The position numbers and the translations under genes are program-made. Shown one piece after another: positions 37,990-48,786 of a stretch of 64,000 bases of DNA. The notes under the pieces are model-generated. The model worked only from the letters and a program-made list of their open reading frames with translations, was not told where the DNA came from and ran no database searches. Source of the stretch: Octopus vulgaris. Lineage: Eukaryota. The stretch lies in contig OX597816.1 of the NCBI GenBank assembly GCA_951406725.2, positions 99,634,001 to 99,698,000 on the forward strand, in the 5' to 3' direction. Every line of letters starts with the position of its first letter. The stretch's first letter is position 1.

Positions 37990-38680
37990 AGTATGTTTGA
38001 TGGATGGAAATCTGAAACAAGAGATCAAAGTACTAATTATAACCACTGAAAAACAAGCCATGTGGGCAAATCAGATGAAGATAAAGATCAACAAACTCAG
38101 TCAGAGGGCAAAGGTAAACTCTGCAAGAAAGATGAAAATATTCATCATCTCAAAAATGAATGCAGTAAGCTAGCCTCAAAAGAGTATAAACACAGGCACA
38201 ACTGTGGAGATAAAAGAGTGCATTGGGATGTTAGTTGCGTGTGTGCTTTCAAAACAACAGAAAATCAGTATGAACATGAACCAGAAGCTGTGATAGAGAT
38301 AAAGAATTACAAAATTTTATGAAATTTCCCCATAAAGACTGACCATAATACTGAAGTAAGATCATGTATGATTATAGGGATTATAGTTATAGATCATAGA
38401 CTTTGTGATATCTTATGATAACTGAATGGATACTAAAATAATTCAAAAGCATTGAGAACTATCAGGACCTAGCTAGAGAGTGTAAGAGATTGTAGAAGAC
38501 TAAACCAACAATTATTCCTATGATAATTGGGTCACTTGGCACAACTCTCAAATTGCTACCTAAGAGAGTCAAAGACATTGGAATTGAGGCTCATATTGTC
38601 TACCAGCAGAAAAGTAGCCCCTGTATTCTACAAGAATCCAAAGATAGATTCTTGAAACTTAAAGAGACTTGTCACCATCA
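37990..38680 (+). mobile_element. R4/Dong-clade LINE 3' fragment (zinc knuckle + RLE)
   Basis: DGNLKQEIKVLII..KQAMWAN, KLCKKDENIHHLKNECSKLASKEYKHRH..VHWD, YEHEPEAVIEIKNYKIL*NFPIKTD, IIPMIIGSLG. Confidence 0.88.
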
Positions 38681-38747
38681 ATTCTCAATATAACATACCT
38701 TCTAATTAAATTAACATGGAATAGCTTTGGCATAATGACTGTTTTTA

Positions 38748-39150
38748 ATACAGGCAAAATATAATTTTTTGTGAAAGGGTTATTTGATTAAATGAACCTT
38801 AGTAATTGACTGGTTTCATATTTTATCAACCTTTGAGTGTTGAAAGTCGATTTCAGTGGAATATGATCTCAAAACATCAAGAGCTGGTAGAAATACTGTA
38901 AGTTATTATTGTCCAATGTTCTAATGTTCCTGCCAACCTGCAGGATAATATCTGATTTAGGCACAAAGCCAGTAATTTCATGTAGAGGGGTTAAGTCAAT
39001 TCATTTAACCCCAATACTTGCCTAATACTTTATTTTATTGAGTCTGGAGAGATGAAAGACTAAATTGACCTTGGTGAGATATGAACTCAGAATGTAAAGT
39101 ACTAGAACAAATCTCACAGTATTTTATCTAATAGTCTAACAATTCTACCC

Positions 39151-39189
<39 letters not shown>

Positions 39190-39424
39190 CAATAGCAACA
39201 AAAATCATAATGATTTCAAATTTTGGCACAAGGCTAGCAATCTCAAGGAGAGGGTAAGTTGATAGTATTGGCCCCAGTACAACTGGTACTTATTTTATCA
39301 ACACTGAAAACAAAAATCAAAGCAAAGTCAGCTTTGGTATAATTTGAACTCAGAATGTGAAGATGGACGAAAAGCCTTGGTGCATTTCACCCAGCATGCT
39401 AATGGTTCTGCCAGCTTGGTGCCT
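38748..39424 (-). mobile_element. Three tandem SINE-A copies separated by (TAA)n
   Basis: Units at about 38748-38942, 38955-39150 and 39210-39424; the rightmost is best preserved. Confidence 0.85.
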
Positions 39425-39448
39425 TAGTAATAATAATAAGAAGAAGAA

Positions 39449-39616
39449 GGAGGCACAAGCATGACTGTGTGGCAAGAAGCTTGCTTCCCAGCCACATGAT
39501 TCCAGGTTCAGTCCCACTGGGTGGCACCTTGAGTAAATGTCTTGTACTATTGCCTCAGGCCGACCAAAGCCTTGTGAGTGGGTTTGGTAGACGGAAACTG
39601 AAAGAAGCCTGTCATG

Positions 39617-39678
<62 letters not shown>

Positions 39679-39890
39679 TGTGTCTGAGTTTGTCCCCCAC
39701 CATTGCTTGACAATCGATGCTGGTGTGTTTGCATCCCCAGAACTTAGCAGTTCAGCAAAAGAGACTGATAGAATAAGTACCAGGCTTACAAATAATAAGT
39801 CCTGGGGTTGATTTGTTCAACTAAAAGTGATGCTCTGGCATGGCCACAGCTAAACGATTGAAACAAATAAAAGAATAAAGGAATAAAAGA
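39449..39890 (+). mobile_element. SINE-B full length with internal (TA)n
   Basis: A-box-like tgactgtgtgg, B box ggttcagtccc, internal microsatellite, tail 'gtgatgctctggcatggccacagc..tgaaac' plus (AATAAAAG)n. Confidence 0.92.
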
Positions 39891-40473
39891 ACATTTAGAA
39901 CAATACAAAGACAAACGACTGTGGGGATTTACAGGAAAAAATGTGTAAACAATAAAAAAATAACAATTCGCAAAAATATTTTAAACAAGATTCCCAGTAG
40001 TGGGAAAAACACCAACCAGGAGTGACAATGAATTCCACTGACTCCAGGAGTACCATGACAAGTGCTTCTCTCTGTTTCTTACTTCTCAGCTTATATAGGC
40101 ACCAGAGTTGGCTTGCTCACTTAGGCCATCCTCATCACATTCACCCACCTTTCAACAAATTTACTACTATTATACTACTGTATTTAGATTTCAAAAACAC
40201 ATATATTTACACAGAAATAAATAACATAATAAAATGACATACATAATAATTAAACAAGATATAATTAGAAGTTTTGACCAGCAGGGATTTGATTTTTTTT
40301 TTTCTGCTGTTACTTTTTATCATTTTCATAATATTTTTCTTAATATTTCCAGTTTTTCCCAGCATAAATATGTATATATATATATATGTGTGTGTGTGTA
40401 TATATATATATAGGTATATGTATATAAAAAATATATAAATATGGAGATGTACTTGCATGTATGTATATATATG

Positions 40474-40510
<37 letters not shown>

Positions 40511-40524
40511 CATTGACCACTAGC

Positions 40525-40695
40525 TACTAAAGCTTTCTTTTTTATTCTCTCTGTTTATTTTCTCATGTTTGTTTCTCTTGAAGATCGTACGCTCGAAATT
40601 TAAAAGACTTTCTCACCTTCCCAAGTGGTAAACTAATACACCTGTTTGTTGTTTACACACCTGTCTTCGTCTTTTGTTTTTGTAAATTCCAACTA
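40525..40695 (+). mobile_element. Non-autonomous repeat resembling a Penelope terminal repeat
   Basis: 'tgaagatcgtacgctcgaaa..aaaagactttctc..taatacacctgtttgttgttt..cacctgtcttcgtc'; an inverted copy lies at 42285-42475. Confidence 0.6.
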
Positions 40696-40712
40696 CATAT
40701 ATATATATATAT

Positions 40713-40899
40713 ATTTCTTTATTTCTTTATTACCCACAAGGGGCTAAATATAGGGGGGACAAACAAGGACAAGCAAAGGGATTAAGTCGATTACATCGAC
40801 CCCAGTACGTAACTGGTACTTTATTTATCGACCCCGAAAGGATGAAATACTGCTAAGCATTTCGTTCAGCGTGCTAACGATTCCGCCAGCTCGCCACCT
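40713..40899 (-). mobile_element. SINE-A (tail type 2), young, B box deleted
   Basis: CpG-rich; matches 56426-56653 but joins 'aaggatgaaa' directly to 'tactgctaagc'. Confidence 0.9.
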
Positions 40900-40924
40900 C
40901 CTTATAGTGGTTTTGTCTCTAATA

Positions 40925-40960
<36 letters not shown>

Positions 40961-40963
<3 letters not shown>

Positions 40964-41690
40964 CTTTGACATGAGCAATGATGCATCTTTTCAAGTGCAT
41001 GTTGCCAATTTGGTAATAAAATGCAGACAGCTAGCTGTATGGATCCTCCGAACTTTCAGACCAAAAGAGGAGACACTGATGGTCCTTTGGAAGACATTCA
41101 TCCTCAGCCACCTGGACTACTGCTTCCAACTATGGTCACCACACAATATAAAGTTAACAGCAGAACTCAAAGAAATCCAGTGAAGCTACACTAAGAAGAT
41201 CGTCTCAATGCAACATATCAGCTACTGGGAAAGACTGACTCTTCTCCCTGGAGTGAAGGTGGGAGAGATATGCAATGATATACATCTGGAAAATCCTGGA
41301 GAGCTTCATCCCAAATTTTGGCATTGAAAGTTACCCCAACAGCAGAACAGGGCACCACTGCATGGTACCAAAGATCCCAACATCACTATCAAAATACAGG
41401 GCCAGTTACTGCAACAGCTTGGGTTTCAGAGGACCATAGCTCTTCAATATCCTTCCTAAATGCCTGAGAGACCAGCATGGTATGGATGTGTGTTTCTTTA
41501 AAACTAAACTCGATCTCTTCTTGTCAGGGGTTCCAGATGAACCTACCTCTCAGCAGGAAACGCAGATGCGAGCAGCAGCGTTGAACTCTCTTGTGCCATG
41601 TATCAGAGGGGATTTCACATACTAGTGTAGCACAATCAACGGTGGTGCCCCAGCACGACCGCAGCTTTCAGGCTGAAACATTTTTAAGGA
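40961..41690 (+). mobile_element. CR1-type LINE 3' end, flanked by (TA)n
   Basis: WILRTFR..LWKTFILSHLDYCFQLWSP..ELKEIQ..SYWERL..SLE*RWERYAMIYIWKIL..QLFNILP..FKTKLD-like motifs. Confidence 0.9.
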
Positions 41691-41794
41691 TTTAAGAACA
41701 TATATATACATATATAGATATAGATATATATATATATATGTATATATGTTTGTATATGTATATATAAATATATATGTGTGTGTGTGTGAATGAA

Positions 41795-42088
41795 GGCACA
41801 TGGCTCAGTGGTTAGAGTATTGAGCTTATGATTGTGAGGTTGTGAGTTCGATTCCCGGACCAGGCTGCATGTTGTGTTCTTGAGCAAGACACTTTATTTC
41901 ATGTTACTCCAGTTAACTCAGCTGTAGAAATGAGTTGTGACATCACTGGTGCCAAGCTATATTGGTCTTTGCCTTTCCCTTGGATAACATCAGTGGTATG
42001 GAGAGGGGAGGCTGATATGCATGGACTTGTTCCTCAGAAGGTAACTTTCTAGGTGCAATCCCATGGACATTCATGACCAAATGGGGTC

Positions 42089-42092
<4 letters not shown>
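41795..42092 (+). mobile_element. SINE-C with complete tRNA-like head
   Basis: A box TGGCTCAGTGG and B box GTTCGATTCCC; internal deletion relative to the 33397 copy. Confidence 0.92.
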
Positions 42093-42122
<30 letters not shown>

Positions 42123-42284
42123 CACGTGGTGAGTTGTAATATATATAAAAGAAATTAAAACAGGAAAATTCACACACTTTACATAACTTTAATATAATTG
42201 ATAATATATCGACCAGTTTCACTTTCGCTGTTCATGATATTACGATTTACTTATTTGAATATGTATTATATGTATATATATATA

Positions 42285-42475
42285 GGGAGAGTTCACAAAA
42301 AAAAAACAACAAATGATGAAGACAGGTGGTGTCAAAAACAAACAGATATATTAGTATAACGCTGAGGAATTGAAAAAGTCTTTTATGTTTCAAGCCTACG
42401 CTCTTCTACAGAAAGGGACACATAAAAAACAAGGAGGGAGAAAAAAATGCATGTAGTGGCTACCAATCTATTGTG
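42285..42475 (-). mobile_element. Second copy of the Penelope-terminal-like repeat
   Basis: Reverse complement reads 'tttctgtagaagagcgtaggcttgaaacataaaagactttttc'. Confidence 0.6.
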
Positions 42476-42523
42476 CCAACCATATATATATATGTGTGTG
42501 TGTATGTGTTTGTGTGCGTGTGA

Positions 42524-42555
<32 letters not shown>

Positions 42556-42654
42556 CTATTTATGTATATATACATGTGTGTGTGTGTGTGTAAATATGTG
42601 TGTATATATATCTATATATATCAGAACAGAGATCGCAAAGGAATTAAATCCCAA

Positions 42655-43519
42655 CTGGTGACAAAGTGTCTCTCACTCAGAGTGAAAGGTAGATTGTACG
42701 ATGCATGTGTGCGAACTGCCATGCTTCACAGCAGTGAAACATGTGCTATGAGTGTGGAGGACATGTGTAGGCTTGAAAGAAATGAAGCTAGCATGATCCG
42801 CTGGATGTGTAATGTCAGTGTGCACACACGACAGAGTGTAAGTGCCCTGAAAGAAATGCTGGACATAAAAAGGATCAGATGTGGCATGCAAGAGAGACGT
42901 TTGCACTGGTATGGTCATGTACTATGGATGGATGAGGAGAGATGTGTGAAGAAGTTCCACTCTCAAACAGTTGAGGTAGAGGTAGACCGAGAAAGACATG
43001 GGATGAGGTGGTCAAGCATGACCTTTGAATGTTGGGCCTCACAAAGGCAATGACAAAAGACCAAGACCTCTGGAGATATGCTGTGACTGTGAAGACCCAA
43101 CAATTAACATGTGTTCATGGTTGTTTCTTGCACCAGCTTCACTTAGCAGCCCTAGCCCATCGAAAGTACCTTGGATTGTAGAACAGCCTACTGTGCTTAC
43201 CTTAGATCGCAGGGCGACTTGCTGTGCTTGAAGAGACCTATTGAGTCAAGTACATCAAAATAAAAATCAAATGGAAAATTGTAGTTGTTGATACCCGTGC
43301 CAGTGGCATGTAAAAAGCACCAACCGATCATGGCCGTTGCCAGCCTTTCCTGGCACGTATAAGGCACCCACTACACCCATGGAGTGGTTGGCATTAGGAA
43401 GGACATACAGCAGTAGAAACACTGCCAGATCAGATTGGAGCCTGGTGCAGACCCTGGTCAAACCGTCAAACCCATGCTAGCATGGAAAACAAACGTGAAA
43501 AGATAATGATGATGATGAT
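42655..43519 (+). mobile_element. 5'-truncated RTE copy
   Basis: LVTKCLSLRVKGRLYDACVRTAMLHSSET..ERNEASMIRWMCNVS..RRLHWYGHV; UTR; (GAT)n tail. Confidence 0.93.
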
Positions 43520-45181
43520 ATATGTATATGTATATCACTGTTTAGTTTATGTTCCTTTTTCTATGTTGAAATGAATTGGATCATCACTTTCTCGAGGCAG
43601 TGCATTATGAATGTCTTTCTATCATTAACGTATTTAGTCGCCTTTTATGACATATAGATAGATGGTACATTTTTCCTGAAACCAGGAAATACTCAGTATC
43701 CTCACATGTGTGTGTGTGTCCACGTATGTATCTGTATTTACGTATGTATGTATGTATGTATGTGCACAGGTGTTCACAGTAAGACTAAATATTTGTATAT
43801 TAAAAGATAGATTTTTGCATATGATTTACATATTCATACAAATACATTCAAATGAATGCTGTGTTGAGGTGTTTGTTATTAAATCCCTGCTGTCAACCCT
43901 GTAACACTATGTAAATTTCGATACACCAGTGATAGTTTACTTTTTTCTTTTCTTTTTACTTTTTGTGTGTATGTGTTTTTGTTTATGCTCTTCATAAAAA
44001 GACATATCCTTTGTAACTTTAGCAGTTGAGAGTTCAAGCAAGAGATCCCTGCTGAGTATTAAGAAGTATTGAAACTAAGTCTGACATTCCTCTTTCTCTC
44101 ACCTGTCAAAACTCCTGTGATTTATCCATAGGCAATGTTTTCATAGTGAGACGAAGTAGATGTTCATTTAACATAGTGCATATGCTTTACATATACACTT
44201 ATATTCATAACAGCAGTGCGGGTGCTCTTGTTTTATATACATATACATACATATATGTGTATGTGTGTGTATTTATATGCATGTATGTATGAATGTACGT
44301 AGATCTATCTCTATATCTATCTCTCTGCCTACCTATCTATCTATCTATCTATCTATCAATTTATCCATCTATCTGTCTATCTGTATACACACACACACAC
44401 ATATATGTATGTATGTATTACGTATGTGTGTATGTTTTCTAGCGAGGTAAAGTAGGGTGTTCAACAAGTCCAGACAAATGAGAAGAGAGAAAAGAAGCAA
44501 GATCAGAGAAGGGAGAAATAGGGATCTAGGGAGAGGAGGCATTAGAGAGAAAGAGGGAGTAAAGTCAGACACAAAGAAGCAGAAAATTATACAACCATAC
44601 ATGTACATATATTTAAGCGTAAAGTTTTATTCAGTGAGTTTCAACACATAGCAATTTACACAAAACAAGAGTAAAATAATATATTATGATATAAACAATA
44701 GAACACATCAAATCAAGGTATAGACACTAAAATAAGTGTGTAAATATGTATGTATGTGTGTGTGTGTATGTATGTGTGCATATGTGTATATAATCATATA
44801 ATCTTGAATAAGGTTAAGAAACCGTTATTGTTACAATATTTGTGAGTTCCAAACACTTTAATTAAAGTGAATTAAATATTTTCTAGATATTGTCATAATT
44901 TTCAAATAACCTGTTACACAATCACTATTACTTTCAAGGCCATCAAAAGAAAAGCAATGCTAGTTATTGAGACATAATAGGTATACATAATAGGTAAACT
45001 AACACACACATAATATGATATAGAAAGAGAAAACTTTATTATAATTACAAATAATGTTGTCAAACAGTGATTGTTATCAAAATTAGCGAATCCATAACAC
45101 TTTATTTAAAATGACTTAATCATTATTTTATTAGAATCATAATACCAGATACTTTTTATATTATCTACTTAATTATCAAAA

Positions 45182-46097
45182 ATCATCATCATTTAAAGTC
45201 CATTCTCCATGCTGGCATAAGTAGACAGTTTGACCAGGGCTGGCAAGCTGAAAGACTGCACCAGACTCCAGTCTGATTTGGCATTGTTTCTACAGCTGGA
45301 TGCCCTTCCTAACGCCAACCATTCTGAGAGTATAGTGAGTGCTTTTATGTGCCACCAGCATGGGTGCCATTTGTGTGACACCGGTATCTGCCATGACTGT
45401 GATTTTTCTCAGTTTGATGGGTCTTTTCAAGCACAACGTAATGCCAAAGGTCTCAGTGACTGCCTCCGTGAAGCCCAATGATCAAAAAGTGCTCTTTATA
45501 TGCCACCAGCATGGGTGGCAGTTGCATGACACTAGCATCAGTCATGACTATGTTCTCGATTGACTTGATGGGTAATCTCAAGAACAGCATATTGCCAAAG
45601 GTCTCAGTCACTTGTCATTGCCTCTCTCAAAGTTTGAACATCATGCTTCACCACCTCTTCTCATGTCTTCCTAGGTCTATCTCTACCACAGATTCCCCCC
45701 ACAGTTAGAGATGAACACTTCTTTACACAGCTGTCCTCATCCATATGCATCACATGACCATACCAGCACAGTTGTCTCTCTTGCACACCACATCCAATGC
45801 CTCTTATGCCTCATTTTTCTCTCAAGATGTTTGCACTCTGTCCAAACATGCACATTTACCTTGCACATCCAGTGAAGCATATTGGCTTCATTTCTTTCAA
45901 GCCCACGCATATCATGGCATTTCCTTGGTATGTCCCACACATGTCACAGCCCATGTTTTACTGCCATGTAGCATAGCTGTATCCACACAGGCATCATACA
46001 ATCTGCCTTTCACTCTGAGAGATAGGCCTTTTATTGCCAGTAGAGGTAGGAGCTCTCTGAACTTTGCCCAGCCTAATCTTATTCTCACAGCGATGCT
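45182..46097 (-). mobile_element. 5'-truncated RTE copy
   Basis: RIRLGWAKFRELLPLLAIKGLSLRVKGRLYDAC on the minus strand; duplicated UTR module; tail. Confidence 0.92.
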
Positions 46098-46182
46098 AAT
46101 GCCTCATTTTAAAATAAACACAGTAAACAGAGTTCACTGTACGTATTTGTGTGTATTTATATATGCATACATGCACACACTC

Positions 46183-46442
46183 CCATGCCGGTGACACCTA
46201 AAAAGCACCATTCAAGTGTGGTCGATGCCAGTACCACCTGACTGGCCCTCATGCTGGTGGCACATAAAATTTACCCTCTGCACTCTCAGTGTGGTTGGCG
46301 TTGGGAAGGGCATCCAGCTGTAGAAACTTTGCCAGATCAGATTGGAGCCTGGTGCAGTCTTCTGGCTTGCCACCCTTCAGTCAAACCATCCAATCCATGT
46401 CAGCATGGAAAGCAGACGTTAAATGACAATGATGATGATGAT
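46183..46442 (+). mobile_element. RTE 3' UTR-only copy
   Basis: Matches 14815-15073. Confidence 0.88.
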
Positions 46443-46766
46443 GCACGTGCACACACACACACACACATGCACATGCTCAAGATTAAAGCTGGAGGAAAAT
46501 GTTTTTTGTCATTGGAATATGACATTAATTGAACATATCAAATTAAACCAAATGACCTTTTTTTTGGATTCCCACATTACTATTGAGTAAATTTATAATT
46601 TATATTTGATAGTTTCTTTAAAACTGATAGATTCCATTGAATTTTTTATTAAAATTGTTACTCTTTTAACTTCATCAAAAGAAATGGCTGAGTTTCTCCT
46701 TATTGAATTTAGGGTAGATTTCTAAGAGTATATGGTGGATGGGTAAAATTATGATCTATGCAAACT

Positions 46767-46985
46767 ATTTTTTCTACTCTAGGCACTAGGTTCGAAATTT
46801 TGTGGGGAGGGAGCCCAGTCAATTATATCGATCCCAGTACACAACTGGTACTGAATTTATCATCCCCAAGAGGATGAAAGGCAAAGTCGACCTCAGCAAA
46901 ATTTGAACTCAGAATGTAAAGACAGACCAAACACCACTAAGCATATTGCCTGGTGTGCTAATGATTCTGCCAGCTCACTGCCTTA
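46767..46985 (-). mobile_element. SINE-A full length (tail type 1)
   Basis: Imperfect TSD ATCTATGCAAACT / ATCTATGCATAAT; reverse complement of 23955-24173. Confidence 0.92.
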
Positions 46986-48717
46986 ATCTATGCATAATAT
47001 TAAATGATTTGGTCAAATGTTTGGCTGATATTTTTTGTCATCATGTTTAAATAATCTGTCTAAGAGACTGACTGCTTGAGAATGCTACTTAATGTAATTT
47101 TTAGATTCATATCATTGTTTTTGTTTTTTTTCATGAACGTACTTACTTGTTACATGTTGATATATTTAGAGATTAACAAGCTATTATCTTTATAGATTCT
47201 ACCATTAATAGATTGAAATATATTGAGGATTAAGTTTAAAATATGAAAACTGAATACTTTTGAAATTTCAATGCAGTATCTGGCTGCCATGCTTCTTTTG
47301 AAGTTCTTTAATACGTCTTTATTTATATGCTATAAGTTTTACAATTCACTTCTCATTCATAAAATAAAACCTGTTATCTATGCAAACATTGTCATGTATA
47401 ACCTTATTGAGAACAGCACATATTAAATCAGACTGATGGCAAACTAATTTAAGATTAGATATTAGCAGCAAAACTTAGCATTTGGGATATTACAAAGACT
47501 ATTTGACAATAACTACACAACTCATGCCAGTTTTTCTAAAAAAGAAATAATTTAACCCACAATATTAGACATCACTTTTTATATAGAGCAATACCTGATA
47601 TACAGTCTAGCACTTACTGGAGTCTATATACTTTTGAGCAACACCTAATTTTAAAACAAAGCATGAAAGCATAAATACAAAGATAATTCATTTATGCTTG
47701 TATATGCAAAATATCACTTCTTAAATACCACAGTAATGGCATCTCACCAACAGTATTCTAAAATACAAATAAAATATGATATTGCTATTTTCTTTTTTCT
47801 TTATTAAATATACTTTAACTTCAACAGCAACATTAGAGTGATCTCCCCTATTACAGCACTTTAGGAATAATTATATGTAGATATATATGCAATTTTTTTT
47901 TTCTTTCATAACACTTGTATAAACAAAATCACATTTAAAATTTTTGTTTGATATATTCATTTGTTATCATTAAACTATTTAAACATCCACACACATTTAC
48001 AGACACCCATCACATAACAATACACTACCATTTAACACAACAGCCAACGATAACCAGCATAACTGCTGAATTATGACTTTTTCTTAAAACATTAAATTAT
48101 ATCTAACTATACAAAGGTGGAATCATAGGATTTACGCTATAATATCTAATGGGCATGTGATAACAAAACTTAAACTTGTGATCTGAATATATAGTATTCA
48201 GTTATTAATATGATATATAATACTCTGCAAAGAAGCATGTTTTGTCTTTTTATATTTTTTGCTTTATGATTGCTCTAAATTTCTGAATGTGTGTGCATAT
48301 GTATATCTATGTATTTCTCTCCCTTCTTCTCTTTCTCTTTCTCTCTCTCTCTCTCTCTCACTCACTCACTCGCTTGCTCTCTTACCATATATATATATAT
48401 AATGTGAGATTATTTTCTACCCTGACAACAACAGAGACTAGATTTATCCAATGTTTATTTGCTTCAATTATGCACTGCTTGTTATGGTAAACTACATTTA
48501 CCAACGTTATGATGGATCACCAAGCCCCCAGAAACAACTGTTGGACATATCACACCTTACCTCTTCTCCTTCAATTTTGTCTGTCATTTGTACTGTGTAA
48601 GTTTGATCTATTGATATAAATATCTATATGTTTATTCTTGAATATTCATCATCTCAAAATCTTCAGTCTTTGATTTCCTTCTGATTGCATACATACATAC
48701 ATACATACATACATACA

Positions 48718-48752
<35 letters not shown>

Positions 48753-48786
48753 GTATATATATGTATGTGTGTGTATATATATATAG

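Noticed and set aside
41795-41870. tRNA gene
   Set aside because: A and B boxes are present but it runs into a SINE body found elsewhere in the window; no acceptor stem or terminator.
42496-43053. 185-aa ORF as a host gene
   Set aside because: Microsatellite-derived N-terminus fused to a frameshifted RTE fragment.
46500-46740. Possible L1-type endonuclease fragment (KRVTILIKNS) on minus
   Set aside because: A single weak motif.
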